The notes: generated by a model not told the origin, from the letters alone. Counted from the stretch's first letter, positions 9,182 through 17,741 are shown. The stretch is 64,000 bases of DNA from Flavobacteriales bacterium (GCA_049610565.1 JBMYZR010000002.1:38536-102535); one strand, 5' to 3'. Program-made: numbers and translations.

Positions 9182-9189
9182 TAGTTTCG
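9182..9189 (+). promoter_or_regulatory. -7 promoter box TAGTTTCG, 4 nt upstream of the mnmA ATG
   Basis: The sequence reads TAGTTTCG-CACC-ATG. It matches the TAnnTT(T/C)G pattern that recurs at operon-leading genes in this window. Confidence 0.4.
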
Positions 9190-9193
9190 CACC

Positions 9194-10342
9194 ATGCGTG
9201 TCGTCGTCGGACTTTCAGGGGGAGTGGACAGCAGTGTCGCCGCCGCCCTTCTCCAACAGGAGGGCCATGAGGTCATCGGCATCTTCATGCGCAATTGGGT
9301 GGACGATTCCGTCACCCTCGACAATGCCTGTCCCTGGGTGGACGATGCCAACGACGCCTTGCTCGTCGCCCAGCACCTGGGCATTCCCTTTCAGGTCATC
9401 GACCTGTCCGATGCGTACAAGGAGCGCATCGTGAACCACATGTTCGCCGAATACGCCGCCGGTCGGACCCCCAACCCGGACGTGCTCTGCAACCGGGAAA
9501 TCAAGTTCGACCTCTTCCGACAGGCGGCCAGGCAACTCGGCGCCGACGCCGTGGCCACGGGGCACTATTGCCGCCGGGACACCACCCCGGATGGACACCA
9601 CCGCCTGCTCGCCGGCATCGACGGCAACAAGGACCAGAGCTACTTCCTCTGCCAGGTGGACCAGGACCAGCTGTCAGACGCCCTGTTCCCCGTGGGCGAG
9701 CTCGAAAAGCCAGAGGTTCGGCGCATCGCAGAGGAGCTGGGACTGCCGACAGCGGGCAAGAAAGACAGCCAGGGCCTCTGCTTCGTGGGCAAGGTCAAGC
9801 TGCCCGAATTCCTCCAGCAGCAGCTCGAGGTCCAGCACGGCCCCATCCTCGAGGTGCCGCCTGCGGCGGTGATTCCGGGTGAATCCGCCTGGACCGAGCC
9901 GCACTGGGACCTCGGTCAATGCGCAGAGGTGGGGACCCACCCGGGCGCCCATTTCTTCACCATCGGTCAGCGCCGCGGACTCAACGTCGGTGGGCACGCT
10001 GAACCGCTGTTCGTGATCGGCAAGGACATGTCGCGCAATGCACTTTTCGTGGGTGAATCCGAGCGCCATCCAGGCCTTCACCGACGGGGCCTGTCCATGG
10101 CGGCGGCTGATGTACACTGGATCCGGCCGGACCTCCAACCGGACGACCACCTGCCCCTGCGCGTGCTCGCCCGGTTCCGATACAGGCAACCCCTGCAGCC
10201 GGCCACCCTGACCGTTCACGGACAGGACCTGGCCACGCTGGTTTTCGATGAGCCCCAATCGGGCATCGCCGCCGGGCAATTTGCTGCTTGGCACGACGCC
10301 GAGACCGGCGAGGAGGTCCTCGGCAGCGGGGTCATCGCCTGA
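9194..10342 (+). CDS. mnmA: tRNA 2-thiouridine(34) synthase MnmA
   Basis: N-terminal PP-loop VVVGLSGGVDSSVAA, conserved NPDVLCN and CFVGK motifs, about 380 aa. Confidence 0.9.
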   Translation: MRVVVGLSGGVDSSVAAALLQQEGHEVIGIFMRNWVDDSVTLDNACPWVDDANDALLVAQHLGIPFQVIDLSDAYKERIVNHMFAEYAAGRTPNPDVLCNREIKFDLFRQAARQLGADAVATGHYCRRDTTPDGHHRLLAGIDGNKDQSYFLCQVDQDQLSDALFPVGELEKPEVRRIAEELGLPTAGKKDSQGLCFVGKVKLPEFLQQQLEVQHGPILEVPPAAVIPGESAWTEPHWDLGQCAEVGTHPGAHFFTIGQRRGLNVGGHAEPLFVIGKDMSRNALFVGESERHPGLHRRGLSMAAADVHWIRPDLQPDDHLPLRVLARFRYRQPLQPATLTVHGQDLATLVFDEPQSGIAAGQFAAWHDAETGEEVLGSGVIA

Positions 10343-10366
10343 CCCCCCCGTGTGGGTGAACCGGCC

Positions 10367-11425
10367 TCAGGCCTGGTCCTTCAACAAGTAGTGGTTGCGG
10401 TCGGGCGCATTGCGCGTCACGAGCTCTCCGAGGAACCCGGCGAGGAAGAGCTGAAGGCCCATGACCATGAAGGCCAAGGCGACGTAGAACGCACTGATCT
10501 CCGCGATGTTCTTGGCCTCCATGCCCTGGCTGATGGCCCACAGTTTGTATCCGCCAATCGCACCGAACAGACCAAAGCCGCCGAGGAACATGAGCGTCCC
10601 CAACACCCCGAAGAGGTGCATCGGCTTGTGGCCAAACCGGCCGATGAACGCAATGGTCAACAGATCGAGGAACCCATTCACGAAGCGCTCCAGTCCGAAT
10701 TTGGTGACCCCGTATTTGCGGGCCCTGTGCTGGACCACTTGCTCGCCGATGCGGCCGAAGCCCGCCTGTTTGGCCAGCACGGGGATGTACCTGTGCATTT
10801 CCCCATTGACCTCAACGGCCCGGACGACCTCCCTGCGGTAGGCCTTGAGTCCGCAGTTGAAATCGTGGAGGTGGATGCCGCTGACCTGTCGCGTGGCCCA
10901 ATTGTACAGCTTGGTCGGCACCGTTTTGGTGATCGGGTCATAGCGCTTCTTCTTCCAGCCGCTCACCAGGTCGAACCCGTCCTCCAGCACGCGCCGTTCC
11001 AACTCGGGCACTTCATCGGGACTGTCCTGCAGGTCGGCATCCATGGTGATGACCACCTTGCCGCGGACCACCCGAAATCCGGTGTGGAGGGCGGCACTCT
11101 TTCCCTGGTTGCGCGCGAAACTCAGCCCCACGACCCGGTCGCCGAATTCAGATTTGAGCTGCTTCACGACGTCCCATGAACGGTCGGTCGACCCATCGTC
11201 TACAAAGACGACTTCATAGGCTCGGCCCTGAAGCACGCGGTCGATCCACGCCATCAACTCCGGCAAGCTCTCCTCCTCATTGAACAGGGGAACCACGATG
11301 CTCAAGTCCAATTCAGGACGAAGGGGTGCGGTGAGGCTGCGGGTGTCCACGTCGGTTCGGTGTTCTGGGTGGGGCGTCGTCGTTGGCCGCAAAATACGGT
11401 CAGGCGCCCAAGGTCTCCTGCCCAT
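10367..11425 (-). CDS. Family 2 glycosyltransferase, polyprenyl-phosphate sugar transferase type (GtrB/DPM1-like) with C-terminal TM helices
   Basis: LSIVVPLFNEEESL, VFVDDGSTD and DADLQD motifs, with two C-terminal TM segments. The ATG at 11425 overlaps the upstream gene by 26 nt; GTG 11350 is an alternative start. Confidence 0.75.
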   Translation of the reverse strand: MGRRPWAPDRILRPTTTPHPEHRTDVDTRSLTAPLRPELDLSIVVPLFNEEESLPELMAWIDRVLQGRAYEVVFVDDGSTDRSWDVVKQLKSEFGDRVVGLSFARNQGKSAALHTGFRVVRGKVVITMDADLQDSPDEVPELERRVLEDGFDLVSGWKKKRYDPITKTVPTKLYNWATRQVSGIHLHDFNCGLKAYRREVVRAVEVNGEMHRYIPVLAKQAGFGRIGEQVVQHRARKYGVTKFGLERFVNGFLDLLTIAFIGRFGHKPMHLFGVLGTLMFLGGFGLFGAIGGYKLWAISQGMEAKNIAEISAFYVALAFMVMGLQLFLAGFLGELVTRNAPDRNHYLLKDQA

Positions 11426-11978
11426 CGGGCGTTCGGCGCAAGATGGCCGACACGATGGCGGCCACGAGGGAAACCCAGAGCAACGCGGTCATGGCGTCGA
11501 CGGCTTGTCCGGCGGGGGTCAACGACCACAGGGCCTGCTCCCGAAACATCTCCGCCATGGTGGTGCTGTCCTGCGCCTCCGCATCCAAGCCGATTCCGAA
11601 CACGGCCAACGCCTCCGTGGACTTGTCCGCCAGCATGTTGGCATAGTCCTCAGCGTGATCGGGGTGGAGCAGACCGAAATACAGGAGGTTGAACATGTTG
11701 TAGCCGAGCCGCGCCAACCACCCAGCCAGAAGGGACAACCCAAAGGCCCGTCCATACTGAAGTCCGCCCTCCTCTTGGCGCACCGTGAGCAACACCATCA
11801 CCATGACCGACACCACGACCATCAGCACAAACGGTGTGGACCAGGAACCGAGAAGCCATTCAAAGTGCACCAGGACCGCCATGAAATACCCGACCATGAC
11901 GAGGACAGCGCCCAACCCGGCGTGCAGGAAGAGCGACGGGGGAAGGTCTCGACGAGAACGGAGAGTGGGCGAAGACAT
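11400..11978 (-). CDS. Polytopic membrane protein, DUF4199-like
   Basis: About 190 aa with four hydrophobic segments. It sits immediately upstream of a GT2 gene, an arrangement I recall as typical for DUF4199 genes in Bacteroidota. I trimmed the start to ATG 11978 (MSSPTL...), which has a TATTTTCG box 22 nt upstream. Confidence 0.5.
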   Translation of the reverse strand: MSSPTLRSRRDLPPSLFLHAGLGAVLVMVGYFMAVLVHFEWLLGSWSTPFVLMVVVSVMVMVLLTVRQEEGGLQYGRAFGLSLLAGWLARLGYNMFNLLYFGLLHPDHAEDYANMLADKSTEALAVFGIGLDAEAQDSTTMAEMFREQALWSLTPAGQAVDAMTALLWVSLVAAIVSAILRRTPDGQETLGA

Positions 11979-12000
11979 GGTGGAAGACAACCGATTGAGG

Positions 12001-12008
12001 CGAAAATA
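12001..12008 (-). promoter_or_regulatory. -7 promoter box TATTTTCG upstream of the DUF4199-like gene
   Basis: Minus-strand TATTTTCG, 22 nt before ATG 11978. Confidence 0.35.
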
Positions 12009-12028
12009 CACCCGGGCGTTTCCTGTCC

Positions 12029-12036
12029 TACCTTTG
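12029..12036 (+). promoter_or_regulatory. Perfect -7 box TACCTTTG facing the SDR gene, 116 nt upstream of its ATG
   Basis: Exact TAnnTTTG match, back to back with the divergent box at 12001-12008. It would drive an unusually long leader for this window (see findings). Confidence 0.35.
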
Positions 12037-12152
12037 CCCCGGAGGGCAAGTCTCCCACGGCCAGCTCCCACTCAATCCCCCAGGGCCGGAAGGCAGCAAG
12101 GGTAGGTGGTCGTAGCGGTGCGATGGGAATCGCTTGCCCTCTCTTTTTCCCC

Positions 12153-12977
12153 ATGTCCACCCCCTTCCCCGCACACGCCAAGACCGTGCTGGTGACCGGC
12201 GCCACCACCGGCATCGGCCACGCCATCGCCACCGTCTTGGCCCAGGCCGGTCATCGCGTCTGGGGCACCGGACGGCGGGTCGAGTTCTCTCCTCCCACAT
12301 TGGGTCAGGCCGGCACCGTTCGCCTCGACGTCACCGATCCCGCCTCCGTCGAGGAGGCCATCCGCTCGGTCGTCGACCAGGGCCACGGACTCGATGCGGT
12401 CGTCAACAATGCCGGCATCGGCATGATGGGCGCCATGGGCGACACCACCGAGGACGAGCTGTTGTCGGTGTACCGGACCAATGTGGTCGGGCTGCACACT
12501 GTCAGCCGCGCCGCCTTTCCCCACCTGATCGCCTCTCGCGGACATCTGATGCATGTCGGCAGCGTGGCCGGTGTCGTCGGACTGCCCTTCCGGGGCGTGT
12601 ACTGCTCGTCCAAAGCCGCCGTGGAACTCATTGCAGAGGCCCAGAGCATGGAACTCGCCCGGCACGGCGTTCGGGTGACCGTGCTTCGCCCCGGCGATTT
12701 CAGAACGGCCATCAACAACAACCGCCTCCGGGTCGCCTCTCCGGATGGCGACACCTATCCGGGATTCGAGGAGGTCTGCGAAGCCGTCAATGCAGAAGTC
12801 GCCCACGCCCGCGAGCCGGAAGACATGGGCAAGGCCGTCCTCAAATTGCTCGGACAAGCCCGCCCTCCGCTCTACGTCACGGTGGCTCCGCCCCTCCAGC
12901 GGCTCGCCATCCGGTTGAAGCGCATCCTGCCCGCCCGGCTGTTCGAGCGGCTCATCGCCAGGCGCTACCCCCTCTGA
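12153..12977 (+). CDS. SDR-family oxidoreductase
   Basis: TVLVTGATTGIGHA Rossmann motif, NNAG, and the YCSSK catalytic Tyr-x3-Lys. The ORF-track entry 11280..12977 is a 5' over-extension across the divergent gene. ATG 12123 is an alternative start. Confidence 0.8.
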   Translation: MSTPFPAHAKTVLVTGATTGIGHAIATVLAQAGHRVWGTGRRVEFSPPTLGQAGTVRLDVTDPASVEEAIRSVVDQGHGLDAVVNNAGIGMMGAMGDTTEDELLSVYRTNVVGLHTVSRAAFPHLIASRGHLMHVGSVAGVVGLPFRGVYCSSKAAVELIAEAQSMELARHGVRVTVLRPGDFRTAINNNRLRVASPDGDTYPGFEEVCEAVNAEVAHAREPEDMGKAVLKLLGQARPPLYVTVAPPLQRLAIRLKRILPARLFERLIARRYPL

Positions 12978-13001
12978 TTCGGGAGTCCGCCTCCCCTGCC
13001 C

Positions 13002-13009
13002 CAACTTTG
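13002..13009 (+). promoter_or_regulatory. Imperfect -7 box CAACTTTG, 5 nt upstream of the accC ATG
   Basis: The sequence reads CAACTTTG-GCGGC-ATG, with one mismatch to TAnnTTTG. Confidence 0.3.
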
Positions 13010-13014
13010 GCGGC

Positions 13015-14538
13015 ATGAGCCAAGACCCGGTCCACGCCCGCCCCATCACCAAGGTCCTCGTCGCCAACCGCGGCGAAATCGCCCTTCGCATCATGCGCAC
13101 GTTGCGGTCCATGGGCATCGCCAGCGTGGCCGTACACTCGGATGTCGACGGCAACATGCCCTTTGCCCGGTACGCCGACGAGGCGGTCCACATCGGGCCA
13201 GCCACGGCGTCCGAGAGCTACCTGGTCTTCGACCGCATCCTCGACGCCGCCCGGGCGACCGGAGCCGACGCCATCCACCCCGGCTACGGCTTTCTCAGCG
13301 AGAATGCCGACTTCGCTGAGGCTGTGGAAAAGGCGGGACTCACCTTCATCGGCCCCAACCCGGACAGCATCCGGACCATGGGCGACAAACTCTCTGCCAA
13401 GGAAGCCGTGGCCGAGCAGAATGTGCCCCTGGTGCCCGGTTCGGATGGCGAGGTCACCGACCTTGATGAGGCCGAGCGGCTGGCGGCCGAGATCGGTTTT
13501 CCGGTGATGGTCAAGGCCAGCGCCGGCGGCGGCGGAAAGGGCATGCGGGTGGTGCACGACCCCGCAGCACTGCGCGGAGAGACCGAGCGTGCCATGAGCG
13601 AGGCCACCAGCGCCTTCGGCAACGGGGCCGTGTTCCTCGAACGGTTCGTGACCGAACCCCGACACATTGAAATCCAGGTCCTGTGCGACCGCCATGGACA
13701 GGGCGTCCACCTCTTTGAACGAGAGTGCAGCATCCAGCGCCGGCACCAGAAGGTGGTCGAGGAGGCCCCCTCCGCCTTGCTCGACGACGGGCTCCGTGAA
13801 CGCATGGGCGCTTGCGCCCTCGATTGCGCGCGAAGCTGCGGGTACGTGGGCGCCGGAACCGTGGAGTTCCTGGTGGATGCCCAGCGGAATTTCTACTTCC
13901 TGGAGATGAACACCCGCCTCCAGGTGGAGCATCCCGTGACGGAGATGATCACCGGCGTCGATCTCGTGGAAGAGCAGGTTCGCATCGCCCGGGGCGAGCG
14001 GCTCCGCATCACACAGGACCAACTCCGCATCCAGGGCCACGCCATCGAACTGCGGGTCTACGCTGAGGATGTCCCCGCCGGCTTCCTGCCGTCCACGGGG
14101 GTGCTCGCGACCCACGTCATTCCCGAAGGCCCGGGCATCCGGGTCGATGCCGGCGTCGAAGAAGGCGATGCCATCTCGATCTACTACGATCCGATGATCT
14201 CCAAGCTGTGCGCCCACGGCATGAACCGAGAGCAGGCCATCGAACGCCTGCGGCGGGCCATCGACGAATACCTCATCCAGGGCCTCGACACCACCCTCGA
14301 ATTCGGACGGTATGTGCTGGACCATGAGGCGTTCATCTCCGGCGAGTTCGACACTGGCTTCGTGGGCGCCCACTTCGATGCGGAGCGCTTTGCCGACCAC
14401 CTCGCCCGACGCCGAGGAGGAGGCGACTGGCGGGCCGTGACCGCCGCCCTCGAATCGGAATCGGAGGGGCATCCTGCGTCCGCAGGAGCAGAAAGCACTG
14501 GCGCACCCAGCGGCTGGTCGCGCCGATTTTCCGATTGA
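13015..14538 (+). CDS. accC: Biotin carboxylase subunit of an acetyl/propionyl-CoA carboxylase
   Basis: KVLVANRGEIALRI, the ATP-grasp glycine loop GGGGKGMR, and EMNTRLQVEHPVTE. About 450 aa of core plus a roughly 55-aa charged or low-complexity tail. No biotinyl (AMKM) domain. Confidence 0.85.
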   Translation: MSQDPVHARPITKVLVANRGEIALRIMRTLRSMGIASVAVHSDVDGNMPFARYADEAVHIGPATASESYLVFDRILDAARATGADAIHPGYGFLSENADFAEAVEKAGLTFIGPNPDSIRTMGDKLSAKEAVAEQNVPLVPGSDGEVTDLDEAERLAAEIGFPVMVKASAGGGGKGMRVVHDPAALRGETERAMSEATSAFGNGAVFLERFVTEPRHIEIQVLCDRHGQGVHLFERECSIQRRHQKVVEEAPSALLDDGLRERMGACALDCARSCGYVGAGTVEFLVDAQRNFYFLEMNTRLQVEHPVTEMITGVDLVEEQVRIARGERLRITQDQLRIQGHAIELRVYAEDVPAGFLPSTGVLATHVIPEGPGIRVDAGVEEGDAISIYYDPMISKLCAHGMNREQAIERLRRAIDEYLIQGLDTTLEFGRYVLDHEAFISGEFDTGFVGAHFDAERFADHLARRRGGGDWRAVTAALESESEGHPASAGAESTGAPSGWSRRFSD

Positions 14539-14590
14539 CAACCCGCCGGAAAGGGCAACTTTTCGGCACGGTTTTCGTTCCACAACCGCG

Positions 14591-15217
14591 ATGACACGGC
14601 GGACTCCAACTTCGGGCACCTCCATTCTGCTGATGGCCGGCTTGCTGGCGATCGGGATGTCCGCGTCTGCACAAACGGCCGTTCCTGACAGCCTGCCGCC
14701 GCTGGTCCATTTGCCCGAAGCCGAAGTGGCACCGGGCCCGACCATTCCCGCCGACCACCGGTGCCAGCCGGGATCCAGGCGCTACAGCCGCCTTGAACGC
14801 CGCGTCCTGAAAGTCTGGCCCTATGCCCAATTCGCGGGAGAGGCCATGGACAGCCTGGAGGTGGAAATGGCCCACATCGAATCCAAACGCGACCGGCGGT
14901 CCCTGATCGACCTCAAGGAGGCCGAACTCAAATCCCGCTTTGAAGGAGAATTGCGGCGGCTGACCGTTCGCGAGGGCGTCATCCTGATCCGGCTCATCGA
15001 CCGGGAAGCCCAGCGAACCACCTTCGGCGTGGTCCAGGAATTGAAAGGCCGGCTGAGCGCCTTCATGTGGCAAGGCCTCGCCCGCCTCTTCGGGCACGAC
15101 CTCAAGAGCGAATACGACGCCGAGGGCGAGGATGCCGCCATTGAGCACATCCTCCATGCGCACGGCCTGGTCCACGCACCACCCGGGGCCACCGCGGGCG
15201 TCCTTGGTGCCGATTGA
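14591..15217 (+). CDS. Secreted hypothetical protein, DUF4294-like
   Basis: Has a signal peptide (SILLMAGLLAIGMSASAQ). The central region (LKVWPYA...RRLTVREGVILIRLIDRE...) resembles what I recall of DUF4294 proteins. No catalytic motif was recognised. Confidence 0.45.
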   Translation: MTRRTPTSGTSILLMAGLLAIGMSASAQTAVPDSLPPLVHLPEAEVAPGPTIPADHRCQPGSRRYSRLERRVLKVWPYAQFAGEAMDSLEVEMAHIESKRDRRSLIDLKEAELKSRFEGELRRLTVREGVILIRLIDREAQRTTFGVVQELKGRLSAFMWQGLARLFGHDLKSEYDAEGEDAAIEHILHAHGLVHAPPGATAGVLGAD

Positions 15218-15257
15218 CTCCCATTCCCTCCACACCTGCCGTGGCGATTCCGGCCTG

Positions 15258-15265
15258 TATCTTTG
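15258..15265 (+). promoter_or_regulatory. Perfect -7 box TATCTTTG, 6 nt upstream of the exonuclease ATG
   Basis: The sequence reads TATCTTTG-CCCCGC-ATG(15272). The ORF-track TTG start at 15263 lies inside the box. Confidence 0.45.
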
Positions 15266-15271
15266 CCCCGC

Positions 15272-15829
15272 ATGGAGAAGGCCTTCATCCTGTATGACCT
15301 CGAAGCCACCTGCTGGCGGACGAGTCGACCCAAACGGGTGGAAATCATCGAAGTTGGCGCGGTCAAGGTCAACGAAAACCTCGAGATCGTCTCCGAGTTC
15401 TGCGCGTTCGTCCGGCCCCTGATGCATCCGGTCATCAGCAAGTTCTGCACCTCCCTCACCTCCATCCGCCAGTCCGACGTCGACCGGGCCCCGCTCTTCG
15501 ACGAGGTCATGGAGGAATACGAAGATTGGATGGGCGTGGGCACCCACGATGTCATTCCCATGAGCTGGGGCGAATTCGACAAGCGCCAACTGAACACCGA
15601 CGCCCACCTCCACGACATCCAACTCGGGTGGCTCGAGGCCCACGTATGCTTCCAGAAGCATTACGGGAAATGGAAGGAATCCAAGAACCAGATCGGACTC
15701 AAGAATGCCCTCGAGACCGAGGAGATTTCCTGGTCCGGCACCGAGCACAGGGCCATTGACGACGCCCGCAACATGGCCGAACTGTTCTGCAAGGTGGCCC
15801 GCCGGATTCCGAGTCTGGACCTGCAGTGA
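15272..15829 (+). CDS. DEDDh-type 3'-5' exonuclease (ERI-1/KapD-like)
   Basis: ILYDLEATCW (Exo I), EIIEVGAV, and a C-terminal H..AIDDARN (Exo III, DEDDh). About 185 aa. Confidence 0.7.
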   Translation: MEKAFILYDLEATCWRTSRPKRVEIIEVGAVKVNENLEIVSEFCAFVRPLMHPVISKFCTSLTSIRQSDVDRAPLFDEVMEEYEDWMGVGTHDVIPMSWGEFDKRQLNTDAHLHDIQLGWLEAHVCFQKHYGKWKESKNQIGLKNALETEEISWSGTEHRAIDDARNMAELFCKVARRIPSLDLQ

Positions 15830-16518
15830 TGCAAGGAGGATTCCACAACGCCATCCGCACGGCCAAGACCGTCGCCGCCCTCGAGTGGCGGCTGGAGTGG
15901 AGGCAGGGACACCAATTGGCTTCCGTCGGGTTGTTTGCGCTCTCCTCGGTCTACGTCGCCTTCCAGGCCGCCAACCGGGACGTCTCGCCGGGCGCTTGGA
16001 CTGCCATGCTCTGGCTCGTCTACCTCTTCAGCGGGTTCACCGCCGTGGGGCGCCTCTTTGACCGCGAGCGCTCGAGCACCCGCCGCTATTTGCAATGGAC
16101 CGCCCATCCGTTGGGGCTGATGCTGGGCAAACTGGTCCACGCCATCCTCACGACCACCGCATTGAGCGCCATTGTCCTCTGTGGTTTCCTGCTCTTCCTC
16201 GGATGGCCGGGGTCGGGCGGACACAACGTGGCCCATGTGATCCTCGCCGCCTGGCTGGGCGGGTTGTCCATGACCACCACCCTGGTCTTTGTCACGGCGG
16301 TCGCCTCCCAAATCCAGACCGGCGGCAACACGCTCGGGGCCATCCTCGGCCTGCCGCTTCTCCTTCCCCAACTGATCCTCGCGACCCGAATGACCGCCGG
16401 CGCCCTGCAGGGAACACCGTGGCCCATGCTCTCGGAAATCCCCCTGTTCCTCACAGCGCTCAGCGCAGGGACCAGCGTCATCGCGTGCATCCTCTTCCCG
16501 TACATTTGGCGCGCATGA
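15826..16518 (+). CDS. ccmB: Heme exporter membrane protein CcmB
   Basis: Six-TM protein of about 230 aa. VGRLFDRER and GNTLGAILGLPLLLPQLILAT align to the E. coli CcmB regions LERLFRDD and GGVLLSILVLPLTIPLLIFAT. The start (GTG 15826 or ATG 15829) overlaps the exonuclease stop. Confidence 0.7.
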   Translation: MMQGGFHNAIRTAKTVAALEWRLEWRQGHQLASVGLFALSSVYVAFQAANRDVSPGAWTAMLWLVYLFSGFTAVGRLFDRERSSTRRYLQWTAHPLGLMLGKLVHAILTTTALSAIVLCGFLLFLGWPGSGGHNVAHVILAAWLGGLSMTTTLVFVTAVASQIQTGGNTLGAILGLPLLLPQLILATRMTAGALQGTPWPMLSEIPLFLTALSAGTSVIACILFPYIWRA

Positions 16519-17555
16519 GCAACTGGAACGTCCTCTGGAAATTCGGAGGGATTCTCCTTCTCGCCTACGTGATCGTCCGGGGGTTCGGAACGCCCCTTCA
16601 GCCGGGCCTCGTGGAAGCCTCTCCCAACCGGCTTGCACCCGGTCATGCGACGATGGAATTGACGGCGGTCGGCCAACCTTTTGCGCAGGAAGGCGCCACG
16701 CCGGAAGGGTTCTCGCTCGTGCTCCGGTCCGGCCAAGACCTCATCGCCACGCAATTGACGGCCGTGGGTCCCCATGGCGTGTCGGCTGCGGCCCTCATTC
16801 CGGACCAGGTCCCCTCGCCCGCGCTCGACGCCTTCCTGTTCACTCCCGAATCGGGCACCCTCTTCCTGGGCAACGCCTTCTTCGTGGAGGGCGCCAGTGT
16901 CGGGCCCGTGCCGGAGTCCTTTGCCACAATCGCACCCGAGGACATCGCACCCCAACTCGGCTTCAGTTTCCCCTACCAGCCCAACATCATCGAAAGCATC
17001 CGCAACCTGCTGTGGCATGTGCCGATGTGGTTCGCCATGTTCTTCGTGATGGGCATCGGCTTCGTCGCCTCCCTCGGGCAACTCCGCACCGGAGATGTGC
17101 GCTGGGACCACCGCGCCGAAGCCGCGGTCCGCACGGGGTTGCTGTTTGGATTGCTCGGATTGGCCACGGGTTCCCTGTGGGCCCGGTGGACCTGGGGCGC
17201 GTGGTGGGTATCCGATCCGCAGCTCAATGGTGCGCTCGTCACCGTCCTCCTGTACACGGGCTATCTCATCCTTCGCGCCGCCATGGGCGACGATGAGCGG
17301 GTCGGCCGATTGGCCGCCGTGTACAATGTGTTTGCCTTCGTGATGCTCGTCATCCTGCTGATGGTGCTTCCGCGGTACACCGAAAGCCTACACCCAGGCA
17401 AGGACGGAAACCCCGGCTTCAACAGCTATGACCTTGACAACAGCCTCCGGGCCGTCTTCTATCCGGCCGTGATCGGCTGGGGCGCCCTGTGCTATTGGAT
17501 GTACACCCTGCGCCTTCGCATGAACCGCATCGAACACCGCCTGTTGACGAAATGA
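16515..17555 (+). CDS. ccmC: CcmC-type heme-handling protein (cytochrome c assembly, WWD family) with N-terminal extra domain
   Basis: ATGA overlap with the ccmB stop. WWD motif WTWGAWWVSDPQLNGAL. The ORF-track entry 16095..17555 is over-extended. About 130 extra residues lie between the first TM helix and the CcmC core. Confidence 0.75.
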   Translation: MSNWNVLWKFGGILLLAYVIVRGFGTPLQPGLVEASPNRLAPGHATMELTAVGQPFAQEGATPEGFSLVLRSGQDLIATQLTAVGPHGVSAAALIPDQVPSPALDAFLFTPESGTLFLGNAFFVEGASVGPVPESFATIAPEDIAPQLGFSFPYQPNIIESIRNLLWHVPMWFAMFFVMGIGFVASLGQLRTGDVRWDHRAEAAVRTGLLFGLLGLATGSLWARWTWGAWWVSDPQLNGALVTVLLYTGYLILRAAMGDDERVGRLAAVYNVFAFVMLVILLMVLPRYTESLHPGKDGNPGFNSYDLDNSLRAVFYPAVIGWGALCYWMYTLRLRMNRIEHRLLTK

Positions 17556-17737
17556 ACACCGCCATGATGCCCACCCTGATTCTGAACGTCCTTCAAGGCT
17601 TCTTTTTCGGCAGCGGAAAAGCCCACGTCGTCACCGGCGTCGCCTTGATCATCCTTGCCGGCATCGCCTGGTCCCTGTGGCGGATGGACCGCCGGCTGAC
17701 CGGACTCGAGCGCGACGTCAACGACTCCCCTTCCTGA
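17552..17737 (+). CDS. ccmD: CcmD-like small membrane protein
   Basis: 61 aa, ATGA overlap with the ccmC stop, and one TM helix followed by a basic stretch (VVTGVALIILAGIAWSLWRMDRRLTGLERD). The call rests on position and shape. Confidence 0.5.
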   Translation: MNTAMMPTLILNVLQGFFFGSGKAHVVTGVALIILAGIAWSLWRMDRRLTGLERDVNDSPS

Positions 17738-17741
17738 TTCC

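Noticed and set aside
12042-12141. A resemblance of the 12042-12141 element to the c-di-GMP-I (GEMM) riboswitch (GGGCAA..., GGUAGGU...AGCGG...CGAUGG) and a tRNA-like T-arm hairpin at 12120-12133.
   Set aside because: Key conserved GEMM-I segments as I recall them (ACGCAAAGCC, GGGUUACC) are absent. The hairpin loop is 4 nt rather than 7, and there is no acceptor or anticodon arrangement. I kept it only as an unclassified structured-leader candidate.
11280-12152. A long 5' extension of the SDR ORF (565 aa in the ORF track). Similar extensions occur at 16095 (ccmC), 20874 (DUF2520-like), 31482 (cutC), 40497 (OmpA-like), 45812 (barrel) and 62508 (GT).
   Set aside because: The extensions run through upstream or divergent genes, terminators or promoters, and they are Arg/Pro/Gly-rich. 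In every case an internal ATG creates a clean ATGA overlap or precedes a signal peptide or conserved N-terminus.
12952-14745. A 597-aa minus-strand ORF antisense to accC.
   Set aside because: Mirror ORF. It spans two sense genes and their intergenic region, and no motifs were seen. accC on the plus strand is certain.
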